From an uncultured Gammaproteobacteria bacterium (GTDB taxonomy: Bacteria > Patescibacteriota > Patescibacteriia > Patescibacteriales > GWC2-42-12): a stretch of 64,000 nt of DNA. The stretch is from NCBI GenBank assembly GCA_964467155.1, contig CAYXNZ010000004.1, positions 533-64,532 of the forward strand, in the 5' to 3' direction. The notes under the pieces were generated by a model. The model did not search any database, was not told the origin of the DNA, and saw only the letters and a list, made by a program, of their open reading frames with translations. Of this stretch, positions 16,783 through 26,477 are shown one piece after another. The translations under genes were made by a program, and so were the position numbers. Position 1 is the stretch's first letter; each line of letters opens with the position of its first letter.

Positions 16783-18177
16783 TTAATTTTCATCAGTGAT
16801 ATTTGCTTCACTAATTGATTCTCCAATGTCATAAAGATATAGTACCTTAGATGGAACTTCAATGACATTGTTCCAGGCGTAACCTAATTGTTCAAAGATT
16901 TTACCTGAGATAATTGGATGTTTTTTGCCATCGGCAATTACATAAACAGCTGGATGGCTAGAAGATTTTAGGAGTTCACCGTCTTCAAATGACACAGGAT
17001 CAATTGTTACGTATTTTTCAAGTTCATCTGGCGATACTGGAACTATTTTTTTATTTTTAAACTTTGTAGTTAAAAATACTTTATCAAGTATCGGAGATTT
17101 CTCGCCTTCCATTACCCAATAAACTCCACCAGTTTGATTATTTTGTAATAAAGCACCTGTTGGATAGGTGGAAGTAGCAGTAATTGGTATTCCGTCTGAA
17201 TAAGTATTAATGTCTTCCCAGCTGGCATCAAGAACTTCTTCAGGATTAAAGCCCATTAGTCGAAAAGCTTCACTGGAGGCAAAACCTCGTTTTTTGTCAT
17301 CAACTAAGAGAAAAATCGTTCCACGAGGAGATCTAACGAGAGAGTATTGAGGAAATTTAATTGATGCACCTGTTTCGTATTTATCTAAATCAGAACGATT
17401 AACTTGAATAATTCTATCTGCATTGAATCTGGTAGTTAAAGCACCTCTTGTTTCAAATGGTCGTTTTTTATTATCTTGAATAAGCCAAACGCCAGGTTCG
17501 TCGTAAGCTTGCAACAAGGAACCGTTAGGGTAATTTTTTGTAAAATATCTCTGCCAGATTTTGAAAAAATTATAGTTACCATTGTAAACATGTGGAGTGT
17601 AATTGTACAGAGCAGCGGTTGCTTGGTTAGCTGGTGTAACAGTCATCAACTCATTACTGATGGTGCCATAAGGATTTGTAAAAGTATAGGTATTGCCTGA
17701 GCGATAAGTGTAGAGCTGTGGATTATCCATGTAGTCTCTAAATTGTAATGAAGCGCTATTGACTTGTTTCCAAAGACCTTGCCAGCGCGGGTTGCATGAT
17801 CCGCCGTCAGGACAGCCGTAGCCAGTGGCCCAGTCGAGCTGTCTTTGTGTCGGTGATTCTTCTTCAATTAAACTTTGTTCTTTTTGTAACAAAACTAATA
17901 AAAATTTAGGGTTAACTTTATTGGCAATAGCTCGATCATAAATTACTTCTGGTGCAATCCATATTTTTCCATCTGCGTCAGTGCAAGCATAATTTAGTAA
18001 ATAACTATTTTTATTAGCAAGAAATTCTTTTATATCCTCTAAATCCATGGATGTGTAATCAAGTACTTCTTCGTCGCTAATAATAAAGTTTGGATTAAAG
18101 GTGGAAGCATGGGCAGTAATTGAGCTTAAAGTAAAGAAAAACAATAGAAATACAAATACCGATATAATTTTTTTCAT
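16783..18177 (-). CDS. Secreted hypothetical protein; possible cell-wall hydrolase-like N-domain
   Basis: Signal peptide present. The 'LLVLLQKEQSL' block resembles glucosaminidase-type proteins, but the match is weak. Confidence 0.45.
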   Translation of the reverse strand: MKKIISVFVFLLFFFTLSSITAHASTFNPNFIISDEEVLDYTSMDLEDIKEFLANKNSYLLNYACTDADGKIWIAPEVIYDRAIANKVNPKFLLVLLQKEQSLIEEESPTQRQLDWATGYGCPDGGSCNPRWQGLWKQVNSASLQFRDYMDNPQLYTYRSGNTYTFTNPYGTISNELMTVTPANQATAALYNYTPHVYNGNYNFFKIWQRYFTKNYPNGSLLQAYDEPGVWLIQDNKKRPFETRGALTTRFNADRIIQVNRSDLDKYETGASIKFPQYSLVRSPRGTIFLLVDDKKRGFASSEAFRLMGFNPEEVLDASWEDINTYSDGIPITATSTYPTGALLQNNQTGGVYWVMEGEKSPILDKVFLTTKFKNKKIVPVSPDELEKYVTIDPVSFEDGELLKSSSHPAVYVIADGKKHPIISGKIFEQLGYAWNNVIEVPSKVLYLYDIGESISEANITDEN

Positions 18178-18264
18178 TTATTTTTATTTATTGATTATTT
18201 TTAAATTTTATATTAACATTATAGTATATTAAAGAAGTTTCAACAAACTTTTTACAAAAAGGGG

Positions 18265-18293
18265 TTGACAAGAATGCAATATTAAGTTATTGT
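18265..18293 (+). promoter_or_regulatory. Promoter TTGACA-N17-TATTGT of the orphan cassette
   Basis: Read directly. GGGAGGGG follows at 18321-18328, 6 nt before the GTG start. Confidence 0.5.
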
Positions 18294-18334
18294 ATTTTGT
18301 TGAGTAAAAAAATAAAGAAAGGGAGGGGATTATC

Positions 18335-18835
18335 GTGGAAAAGGAAATGATAAAGGGTCTAAGTGTAAACAGAGTGTTGGGATCCGATAATTGGCCTGAT
18401 ACAGTTATGGACGAGCACAGAAGAACAGGTAAGGGTTGCAGTTTTATTCCCCACGAAGATGTTTTTGTAGCTGGTCTTGACGGAAGACCTGTTATCAATC
18501 TTGGAAATTGTCTTCAAGAATTTGGTAATATTGGTCTGGCAGAAATTCATTTATTTTCTATTCAAGAGGCATTAATTTGTGCCCCCTTCGCTATTAATGG
18601 GAACAATTTGCCTGCCGAAGAAAGTCATTCTTTTCAAAAGAGAAAGGAGGAAATACGCGAGGAGACGGAAGCTTGGGTGCAATCCAAGTATAAAGATGAA
18701 ATAGCTTCCATGTCTAAAAATGGTGACGGGCATGACGAAAAAGATGTCATCCTTCCTCTGTCCAAATCTCCAGAATGGGATGGGCATAAGTCTACAAGAA
18801 TGGAGGTTCGTCGTATCTTGCGTACTTGTACATAA
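18335..18835 (+). CDS. Orphan hypothetical protein in a G+C-enriched cassette (GTG start)
   Basis: 166 codons with its own promoter, a strong RBS and a terminator. I recognised no family. A hand count of 18421-18480 gives 25/60 G+C. Confidence 0.45.
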   Translation: MEKEMIKGLSVNRVLGSDNWPDTVMDEHRRTGKGCSFIPHEDVFVAGLDGRPVINLGNCLQEFGNIGLAEIHLFSIQEALICAPFAINGNNLPAEESHSFQKRKEEIREETEAWVQSKYKDEIASMSKNGDGHDEKDVILPLSKSPEWDGHKSTRMEVRRILRTCT

Positions 18836-18854
18836 AATAGAGACCAACAACAAA

Positions 18855-18905
18855 AAGGGGTTTACCATGGCACATGACACGGTAAACCCCTTAATCCTTT
18901 TTATT
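18855..18905. terminator. Bidirectional intrinsic terminator (orphan gene on +, clpB on -)
   Basis: AGGGGTTTACC...GGTAAACCCCT 11-bp stem with T-runs on both strands. Confidence 0.7.
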
Positions 18906-18912
18906 TTGATAA

Positions 18913-21540
18913 TTATTTTATTTTTAGTTCTACTTTATCTTTAATACCGAGGTCGATATTTATTTTATCGCCCTCTTTTATTTTACCTTCAATAATGTCC
19001 ATAGCTAGCTCATCCAAAATCATTGTTTGAATAATTCGTTTGAGTGGTCGAGCACCAAAAGTAATATCATAACCTTTTTCAGCTAGCATTTTTTTGACTT
19101 TGGCAGCAATATAAATATTAATCTCTTTGTTTTTTAATCTTTGTTTTACTTTAGATATTTCTAAATCAACTATTTTTGATAGATTTTCTTTATTTAAGTT
19201 TTTGAAGATTACTATTTCATCAATACGATTTAAGAATTCAAGCTTAAAATGATTTTTTAATATTCTATCTATTTTTTCTTTCATCTCTTGGTCACGCATA
19301 TCAACAGCTTTTTTAGCATCACTGCCATCAGAAAAACCGATTGAGTATTCTTTTATCACTTCATTACCAAGGTTTGAAGTCATGACGATAATCGTATTTT
19401 TAAAGTTTACAATCCGACCCTTTGAGTCAGTTAAATGGCCATCATCCAAAATTTGTAATAATATATTAAATACTTCTGGATGAGCTTTTTCTATTTCGTC
19501 AAACAAAACGACGCTATATGGTCGACGTCTAATTTTTTCTGTTAATTGACCGCCTTCATCGTGACCGATATATCCAGGAGGAGAGCCGATGATTTTTGCC
19601 ACAGAATGTTTTTCCATAAATTCACTCATGTCTAGACGTATTAAAGCATTCTCGTCGTTAAACATAAATTCGGCTAGAGTTTTTGCCAATTCAGTTTTAC
19701 CAACACCAGTTGGTCCAACAAATAAGAATGAACCAATAGGTTTCTTTTCTTCATTGACGCCAGCACGTGAACGTCTGATGGCGTTAGCAACTGCTTTTAT
19801 CGCTTCGTCTTGACCAACAACTCTTTTTGATAAAACATCTTCAGCTTTGGCCAGTTTTTTAATTTCTGATTCAAGCATTTTGGACACAGGTACGCCAGTC
19901 CATTTAGCAACGACTCGAGCAATATCTTCTTCATCGATTTCTTCTTTTAATATTCTTTGACCAGCACTTTGTATTTTTACTAATTCTTTTTCTAATTTTT
20001 CAACTTCACGTTCAAGATTTGGAATTTCTGAATATCTTATTTCAGCAACTCGAGTGAGATTGTCGCCACTTCTTTCAGTTATTTCTGCTTCTGATTTTAA
20101 TTCATCAATTTTTTTCTTAGAATTTCTTATTTTTGATATGATATCTTTTTCATTATTCCAATGTAGCTCTAACTGATTAGCTTTTTCTTTGAATTCAGCT
20201 AATTTTTTATTTAATGTTTTTAATTTTGAGCCTTTTTTATTTTCTTTAATTAAACCTGCTTTGGCAATTTCCAACCTTTTTATTTCTCGTTTTAAGTAAT
20301 CTAATTCTTCAGGCGAGGAGTCAATTTCCATGCGAAGGGCTGAAGTAGCTTCATCCATTAAATCAACTGCTTTGTCGGGTAAGAATCTGTCAGTGATATA
20401 ACGCGCTGATAATTTGGCAGCAGCAATTAATGCATCGTCAGTAATTCTAACTCCGTGATGCACTTCGTATTTTTCTTTAATACCACGTAAAATAGATATA
20501 GTGTCGTCAATATTCGGTTCAGGTACATTGATTGGTTGAAAACGTCTTTCTAGAGCTGCGTCTTTTTCTATGTATTTTTGGTATTCTTTAGTTGTGGTAG
20601 CACCGATAGCTCTTAATTCACCACGAGCTAGAGCTGGTTTTAGCATGTTTGAGGCGTCCATTGAGCCCTCAGAGGCACCAGCACCGACCAGAGTGTGTAA
20701 TTCATCAATAAAGAGTATTACTTTACCATCTTGTGACTTTATTTCCTTTATAACCGCTTTTAAGCGATCTTCAAATTCACCACGAAATTTAGCACCAGCA
20801 ATCATTGAGCCTAGGTCTAAGCTAACTAATTCTTTATTTTTTAGATTTTCAGGTACATCACCGCTAATAATTCGTTGAGCTAAGCCTTCAACAATAGCTG
20901 TTTTGCCCGTGCCAGCTTCACCGATTAATACTGGGTTATTTTTTGTTCTTCTAGACAAGACTTGCATGATACGTCTTATTTCTTCATCTCGTCCAATAAC
21001 TGGATCAAGCTTTTCTTGTTTAGCTAATTGAGTTAAATTAATTGCATATTTTTCTAAAACATTATGTTTGCTTTCAGGATTGGGGTCGGTTACATTATGA
21101 GAGCCTCGTAATTCAGCCAAAATTTTTAATATTTTTTCATATTCTAGCCCGGCACTTATTAAAAGTTCTTGAGCTTTAGATTTAATACCGATTAGAGCTA
21201 GCAGTAGATGTTCAGTTGAAATAAAATCATCTTTTAATTGGTCAGTTTCTTTGCGTGATCTTTCTAATATCATAGCTACTTCAGCGGTACCTTGGACTGC
21301 TCCAGCCACGGCATTAACTGCTGCTTTGGGTAATTTTTCAATCTCATCGTAAACTTGATTATTAATATTGTCTGGACTGAGGCCGAGTTTTTCCATAATT
21401 GGCTTAACCAGACTCTCACTTTGAGACAGCAGGGAAGCCAAAATATGTAGAGCACTAATTTGTTGTTGTCCACTATCTTGAGCGATTATTTGAGCATTAA
21501 TAATAGCTTCTTGCGATTTATTAGTAAATTTATTAAACAT
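18913..21540 (-). CDS. clpB: ATP-dependent chaperone/disaggregase ClpB
   Basis: 875 aa. It has two AAA+ modules (GEAGTGKT and GPTGVGKT) and a long middle coiled coil. Confidence 0.95.
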   Translation of the reverse strand: MFNKFTNKSQEAIINAQIIAQDSGQQQISALHILASLLSQSESLVKPIMEKLGLSPDNINNQVYDEIEKLPKAAVNAVAGAVQGTAEVAMILERSRKETDQLKDDFISTEHLLLALIGIKSKAQELLISAGLEYEKILKILAELRGSHNVTDPNPESKHNVLEKYAINLTQLAKQEKLDPVIGRDEEIRRIMQVLSRRTKNNPVLIGEAGTGKTAIVEGLAQRIISGDVPENLKNKELVSLDLGSMIAGAKFRGEFEDRLKAVIKEIKSQDGKVILFIDELHTLVGAGASEGSMDASNMLKPALARGELRAIGATTTKEYQKYIEKDAALERRFQPINVPEPNIDDTISILRGIKEKYEVHHGVRITDDALIAAAKLSARYITDRFLPDKAVDLMDEATSALRMEIDSSPEELDYLKREIKRLEIAKAGLIKENKKGSKLKTLNKKLAEFKEKANQLELHWNNEKDIISKIRNSKKKIDELKSEAEITERSGDNLTRVAEIRYSEIPNLEREVEKLEKELVKIQSAGQRILKEEIDEEDIARVVAKWTGVPVSKMLESEIKKLAKAEDVLSKRVVGQDEAIKAVANAIRRSRAGVNEEKKPIGSFLFVGPTGVGKTELAKTLAEFMFNDENALIRLDMSEFMEKHSVAKIIGSPPGYIGHDEGGQLTEKIRRRPYSVVLFDEIEKAHPEVFNILLQILDDGHLTDSKGRIVNFKNTIIVMTSNLGNEVIKEYSIGFSDGSDAKKAVDMRDQEMKEKIDRILKNHFKLEFLNRIDEIVIFKNLNKENLSKIVDLEISKVKQRLKNKEINIYIAAKVKKMLAEKGYDITFGARPLKRIIQTMILDELAMDIIEGKIKEGDKINIDLGIKDKVELKIK

Positions 21541-21584
21541 ATATTTATAGTTTGATTATAATCTTTAAAAGAATAAAAGTTTTA

Positions 21585-21611
21585 TTAGCACTCTCTTTAT
21601 TAGAGTGCTAA
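21585..21611 (-). promoter_or_regulatory. CIRCE operator (HrcA site) TTAGCACTC-N9-GAGTGCTAA
   Basis: Perfect match to the consensus inverted repeat, located between the promoter and the clpB start. Confidence 0.85.
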
Positions 21612-21615
21612 AAGT

Positions 21616-21644
21616 ACTATACGATAAAGTTTTTTTCTTGTCAA
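21616..21644 (-). promoter_or_regulatory. clpB promoter TTGACA-N17-TATAGT
   Basis: On the minus strand, TTGACA corresponds to 21644-21639 and TATAGT to 21621-21616, with a 17-nt spacer. Confidence 0.55.
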
Positions 21645-21648
21645 TGAT

Positions 21649-22665
21649 TTATAGAATTAAATCAAGACTTGTGTCACATTTAGGGCATCGTCCATTTTTA
21701 TCATATCTTTCTATGTCATAGCCGAAACGTTGAATAACCAATTTATTACATTGGGAGCAGAAAGTATTTTCTCTTTGATCGCCAGGAAGATTGCCAACGT
21801 AAACATATTTTAAGCCAGCGTCTTTTCCTATCTCGTGGGTTGTTATAATGATATCACTAAGAGTAGGTGGTAGAGCTTTGAGTTTCCATGATGATTCAGG
21901 TGAGAATCGTGCTATATGCCAAGGAATATCAGTACCTAATTCATTAGCTATGAATTCTGCTAAACGCTGAAGCATTGATGGTTCGCTTGATAGATTAGGA
22001 ATGATTAATGTTGTTATCTCCAGATGAACAGGAGATTTTTTTATATTTTTTAAATTTTCTAGCACTGGTTCGATTCGAGCTGAGCAATTATTTTTATAAA
22101 AATTAGCATCAATAGATTTTAAATCAATATTAATAGCATCAAGATAGGGAGTAATGTCATTTAAACATGTTTTGCTCATATAACCATTGCTTACCCAAAT
22201 ATTTTTTATTCCGTTGGCGTGAGCTATTTTCATCACTTCTAAGGCGTACTCAGTAAAGACAGTCGGTTCGTTATAAGTGTAAGCGATAGATTGACAATCA
22301 TTTTCGATTGCCGATTTAACTATAGCTTCAGGTTTTACATAAGTTATAGTAGAAATGTTTTTCTCAATGTTTTTAGCTTGACTAATGGTCCAGTTTTGAC
22401 AATTGGCACATTTAAAATTACAACCCAATGTACCAATAGAATAAGTTTCAGTACCAGGCAGAAAATGGAATAAAGGTTTTTTTTCAATTGGATCAATATT
22501 CTGAGTAATTGGATATCCGTAGTTCAGACTATACAATATACCACCTAAATTTTTTCTCGCATTACAAATACCAGTTTGATTATTTGTAATCAAACAAGAA
22601 TGATGACATAACTGACATTGCACTTTGTTGTCATTTCTTTTTTTGTAATAATTAGCATTTTCCAT
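21649..22665 (-). CDS. AmmeMemoRadiSam-system-type radical SAM enzyme (PFL-activase-like)
   Basis: The N-terminus 'CQLCHHSCLITNNQTGICNARKN' and the 'CNFKCANCQNW' cluster match that family's layout. Confidence 0.75.
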   Translation of the reverse strand: MENANYYKKRNDNKVQCQLCHHSCLITNNQTGICNARKNLGGILYSLNYGYPITQNIDPIEKKPLFHFLPGTETYSIGTLGCNFKCANCQNWTISQAKNIEKNISTITYVKPEAIVKSAIENDCQSIAYTYNEPTVFTEYALEVMKIAHANGIKNIWVSNGYMSKTCLNDITPYLDAINIDLKSIDANFYKNNCSARIEPVLENLKNIKKSPVHLEITTLIIPNLSSEPSMLQRLAEFIANELGTDIPWHIARFSPESSWKLKALPPTLSDIIITTHEIGKDAGLKYVYVGNLPGDQRENTFCSQCNKLVIQRFGYDIERYDKNGRCPKCDTSLDLIL

Positions 22666-22826
22666 ATGATTTGTAGTGTATATTTTTAATTTAGCAAATA
22701 TTCATAGAAAAGTTAACTGTTATAATAAATATTTTGCTAAAATTAAACTTTTTTACTATACTTTAAGAGTAGGGAACGAATAATATATCATTTTTATATT
22801 ATCCCATTAAAAATAGAATAAACACA

Positions 22827-24044
22827 ATGGATAAAATTAATATTTTAGGAATAAATGTAACAAAATTATCCAGAAGGGAGGCGATTGAAAATGTTAAATT
22901 TTTTTTATCTTCCAATAAACAACATCAAATTGTAACACCCAACCCAGAAATTATTTTAAATGCTATCGGAAACGATGAGGAATTATTTTATATTTTAAAT
23001 CACGCTGACTTGGCAGTACCAGACGGCTTTGGTTTAAATTGCGCTGCTTGGGCGATGTTCAAAAATCTACATCGTGTTGCTGGATCAGATTTGATTTTAG
23101 ATATTTTAAAAATAGCTGAAAAGAATAATAAAAAGGCTTTGGTGCTAGTGTGGGACAAAGGATTATCTTCTGCGCAAGATATTGAAATAATATTGAAACA
23201 AAAATTTTCAAATTTAGATGTTTTGGTAAAAGAAATTGACAGAAGAGGGGAGACGATTAATTTTACAGAAGTAAATGATTTTAAACCAGATTTAGTTATC
23301 ACTGGGCTCGGTGCACCTTGGCAAGAAAAATTTAATTTTCATAATTTGAAAAATATTCCTTCAGCGAAATTAGCAATTGGAGTAGGGGGGAGTTTTGACT
23401 TTTTAACTGGTAAAATTAAGCGCGCGCCAAAAGTTATGAAATTTATAGGTTTGGAATGGGTTTGGCGAGCATTGAATCAACCAAAAGGTGGGCGCATAGA
23501 AAGATTAAAAAGAATTTATAAAGCAGTTATTGTTTTTCCGCTTAAATTTATTCGTTGGTTTTTTATATTACCATTTTTTTATCGAAAGAATGTTGCTTGT
23601 TTGTTATATAAAAGAGAAGGAGATAAAATTTATGCTTTAATTGTTGAGCGTGAGTATAGTCCTGGCAATTGGCAACTGCCACAAGGAGGAAGAGACGATC
23701 AATCGATTATTGAAACTGGTGAAAGAGAGTTGAAGGAAGAAATAAATAATAATTTATTTAAAACAAAAAAAAGTTATCGTAAAGTAGCGAGGTATAAATT
23801 TTGTGATAAGAAAAACGGCAAATATTGTTATAAATATTGGGGTTACAAAGGTCAAAAGCAGGATTTGTACATAGCAGAATTTATTGGACAAGATAGTGAT
23901 ATAAAATTAAACTATTGGGAGCATATAAATTGGAGATGGGTGGATATTGATAAATTAGTAGCGGAAGTTAGTTCACGAAGAAAAGAGGCGACAGAAAAGT
24001 TTTATAAATTATTTAAAGATTATATATCTAAAAATTTGCAATAA
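22827..24044 (+). CDS. WecG/TagA/CpsF-family glycosyltransferase fused to a C-terminal Nudix hydrolase domain
   Basis: The N-terminal ~240 aa ('ILGINVT...IVTPNPEII...PDGFGL') fit the glycosyltransferase family. The C-terminal Nudix box is 'GGRDDQSIIETGERELKEEI'. Confidence 0.7.
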   Translation: MDKINILGINVTKLSRREAIENVKFFLSSNKQHQIVTPNPEIILNAIGNDEELFYILNHADLAVPDGFGLNCAAWAMFKNLHRVAGSDLILDILKIAEKNNKKALVLVWDKGLSSAQDIEIILKQKFSNLDVLVKEIDRRGETINFTEVNDFKPDLVITGLGAPWQEKFNFHNLKNIPSAKLAIGVGGSFDFLTGKIKRAPKVMKFIGLEWVWRALNQPKGGRIERLKRIYKAVIVFPLKFIRWFFILPFFYRKNVACLLYKREGDKIYALIVEREYSPGNWQLPQGGRDDQSIIETGERELKEEINNNLFKTKKSYRKVARYKFCDKKNGKYCYKYWGYKGQKQDLYIAEFIGQDSDIKLNYWEHINWRWVDIDKLVAEVSSRRKEATEKFYKLFKDYISKNLQ

Positions 24045-24054
24045 ACATAAAAAT

Positions 24055-25524
24055 ATGTCAAAGATTAGAGTTCGTTTTGCACCATCGCCAACAGGATTTT
24101 TACATGTCGGTAGCTTAAGAATAATTTTATTTAATTATTTGATTGCCAAAAAAGGCAAGGGCAAATTGATTTTAAGGATAGAAGACACGGATCAGAAAAG
24201 AGAGGTTCCGGGCGCGGTTGAAGGCTTAATTGATATTATCAATTGGCTGGGGATTGAATTTGATGAAGGGCCACATGTTGGTGGTGATTTTGGACCATAT
24301 GTCCAGACTCAAAGACTAGATATTTACAAAAAATATGTAGATGAATTATTAGCTAGTAAAAAAGCTTATTATTGTTTTTGTAGTACTGAACGATTAGAAA
24401 AGATGCGCAGTGATCAACAGGCTAGAAAATTGCCACCTCGTTATGACAGACATTGTCGAGACTTAACCGAAAAAGAGATTCAAGAAAGAATACAAAAAGG
24501 AGAAAAATTTGTAATTAGGCAAAAGATGCCTGTTGATGGAGAAACAAAAGTCTATGACGAATTGAGGGGAGAAATAAGTTTTAAAAATCGAGATTTAGAA
24601 GATCAAGTTTTAATAAAATCAGATGGAGTGCCGACTTATCATTTTGCTAATGTAGTTGACGATCATTTGATGGAAATTAGCCATGTGCTGAGAGGAGAGG
24701 AGTGGTTGCCATCTTTTCCTAAGAATGCTTTACTTTATCAGACTTTTGGTTGGGAAATGCCGAAATTTATTCATATGCCATTGTCTTTAAATAAAGGCGG
24801 AGGCAAATTAAGTAAGAGACAGGGAGATGTAGCCGTGGAAGATTATCGTGCCAAGGGTTACCTGTCTGAAGCTTTGATTAATTTTAGCGCTTTGCAAGGG
24901 TGGCATCCAAAGGGAGACAATGAAATTTTTACTTTAGCGGGAGTAGAAAAAGAATTTAAGATTGAAGACATGGGTACTAGCCCTGCCATTTTTGATGTTG
25001 ATAAATTAGATTATTTCAATGGTTATTACATTAGACAAAAATCAATTGATGAATTATTAGTACTATGTAAACCTTTTCTCAAAGAAATTTTGACAGCGAC
25101 AGCAGACGAATCAAAAATAAAAGATGAATATATAAAAAAAGTTATTGAACTTGAACAAGAAAGATTAAAAAAATTATCAGAGATATCTGAATTGACCGAG
25201 TTCTTTTTTTCGGACGAATTGGATTATGAATCAGATTTGTTGATTTGGAAAAAATTATCAAAGAATGATATCAAGAAAAATTTAGTTGAATTAATTGATA
25301 AATTAAAAGGTATAGAAGAAAAATCTTGGACAAAAATTAATATAGAAAAATTGTTAATAGATTACATAAAGAGCAAAGAAGCTAAAGTGGGGGATTATCT
25401 TTGGCCAATGCGTGTGGCATTAACTGGGCGAAAAGCCAGTCCAGGCCCATTCGAAGTGGCAGAAGTTTTAGGTAAAAACACTAGCTTAGGGAGAATAGAA
25501 TCTGGGATTCAAAAATTAATTTAA
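24055..25524 (+). CDS. gltX: Glutamyl-tRNA synthetase
   Basis: 'RVRFAPSPTGFLHVG' (HIGH region) and 'KLSKR' (KMSKS region). Confidence 0.9.
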   Translation: MSKIRVRFAPSPTGFLHVGSLRIILFNYLIAKKGKGKLILRIEDTDQKREVPGAVEGLIDIINWLGIEFDEGPHVGGDFGPYVQTQRLDIYKKYVDELLASKKAYYCFCSTERLEKMRSDQQARKLPPRYDRHCRDLTEKEIQERIQKGEKFVIRQKMPVDGETKVYDELRGEISFKNRDLEDQVLIKSDGVPTYHFANVVDDHLMEISHVLRGEEWLPSFPKNALLYQTFGWEMPKFIHMPLSLNKGGGKLSKRQGDVAVEDYRAKGYLSEALINFSALQGWHPKGDNEIFTLAGVEKEFKIEDMGTSPAIFDVDKLDYFNGYYIRQKSIDELLVLCKPFLKEILTATADESKIKDEYIKKVIELEQERLKKLSEISELTEFFFSDELDYESDLLIWKKLSKNDIKKNLVELIDKLKGIEEKSWTKINIEKLLIDYIKSKEAKVGDYLWPMRVALTGRKASPGPFEVAEVLGKNTSLGRIESGIQKLI

Positions 25525-25544
25525 GTTGTGGGCATTGAAAAGAA

Positions 25545-25815
25545 ATAAAAAAAACTTGGGTATTAATTAGTGTTATCCAAGTAGTCTTTTCTCATCTAAA
25601 GATGAGCCTGAACTGGGAAATTAGATTAGTTATCACAGGTCAAACCTAACCCTTGGATTTTTTAAGGTATGGTTGAAAATTCACTTACATAGAGGCGGTC
25701 TTTTTACCCCGCTTGCTATGTCAGGCGGGGCTGATCGGTACTATGTGAATGGTCTTTGTCTGAAAGGGCATTGTGTGATCTGAAAGGATTGTCGCTGACG
25801 GGAGACCTTTTTTGT
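25545..25815 (+). ncRNA. Candidate structured RNA or cis-leader of unknown class
   Basis: Non-coding gap with several hairpins: ACTTGG..CCAAGT, CTCATC-TAAA-GATGAG and CCCCGC..GCGGGG. It ends in GGGAGACC + TTTTTT at 25801-25813. A hand count of 25681-25740 gives 32/60 G+C. Confidence 0.3.
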
Positions 25816-25847
25816 AAAATTGTTAATCATAAATTAATATAAAAATT

Positions 25848-26477
25848 ATGACTATTTCAGAATTATTTAAATTTAGTTTAAACAAAATAACAAAAATTTG
25901 TAATGACTATAATCCATTGAAAGAATATGGCACAAAAATAGAATTTAAAAAAGATTATTCAGAATATAAAAATATTTTAGAAAAAGAAGATATTAGAAAA
26001 ATTTATCATCTCACAGATTGTGGTAATATAGAATCAATAAAAAAGCATGGCGGTTTATATAGCAGACGGTATTGTGAAAAAAATAACATAAAAATCCATA
26101 AGTTAGGTGGCAACGATTCATCAAAAGAATTTGATAGTCAAGATAGTCTAAAGAATTCGGAGGATTATGTGCGTCTTTCTTTTGTTGATAATCACCCAAT
26201 GTTTTATGGAAAAAGCAATATTGTTTGTTTGGAAATTGACATTGAAGTTATTTATTGGGATACAACACATCATAGTGATATTAACGCTACTACTCAAAAA
26301 CAAAAGCCGATAATTGGTAAAGATATTGCTTGTTTTAAAAAGATAAAATTTGATATAATAAGAGGGGGATGGATAGGACACGATGATAGTGATATAAGAA
26401 AAAGCTATTATCAAGCCGAGATAATGGTAAAAACATTTATTCCTATAAAATTTATAAAAAATATAAATATACTATAA
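25848..26477 (+). CDS. DarT-like (DUF4433) ADP-ribosyltransferase
   Basis: Three blocks, 'IYHLTDCGNIESIKKHGGLY', 'EDYVRLSFVDNHPMFY' and 'YYQAEIMVKTFIPIKFI', parallel the DarT blocks IYHITHIDNL / DYVPFYF..SPMLY / KQAEFLV as I recall them. Confidence 0.6.
   Translation: MTISELFKFSLNKITKICNDYNPLKEYGTKIEFKKDYSEYKNILEKEDIRKIYHLTDCGNIESIKKHGGLYSRRYCEKNNIKIHKLGGNDSSKEFDSQDSLKNSEDYVRLSFVDNHPMFYGKSNIVCLEIDIEVIYWDTTHHSDINATTQKQKPIIGKDIACFKKIKFDIIRGGWIGHDDSDIRKSYYQAEIMVKTFIPIKFIKNINIL

Noticed and set aside
18335-18835. RNase P RNA hidden in the G+C-rich cassette. Strings such as CAGGTAAGGGTTG, AGTGTAAACAGAG, GAAGAAAGTCA and ACAAGAATGG recall conserved RNase P regions.
   Set aside because: The order and spacing of the motifs do not fit. 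The candidate P4 strands are not complementary. A strong RBS plus a 166-codon ORF is the simpler reading.
25722-25760. tmRNA, suggested by GGGGCTGA at 25726 and again at 8234.
   Set aside because: No tRNA-like T arm or CCA-proximal acceptor strand, no tag reading frame, and the remaining length is far too short in both places.
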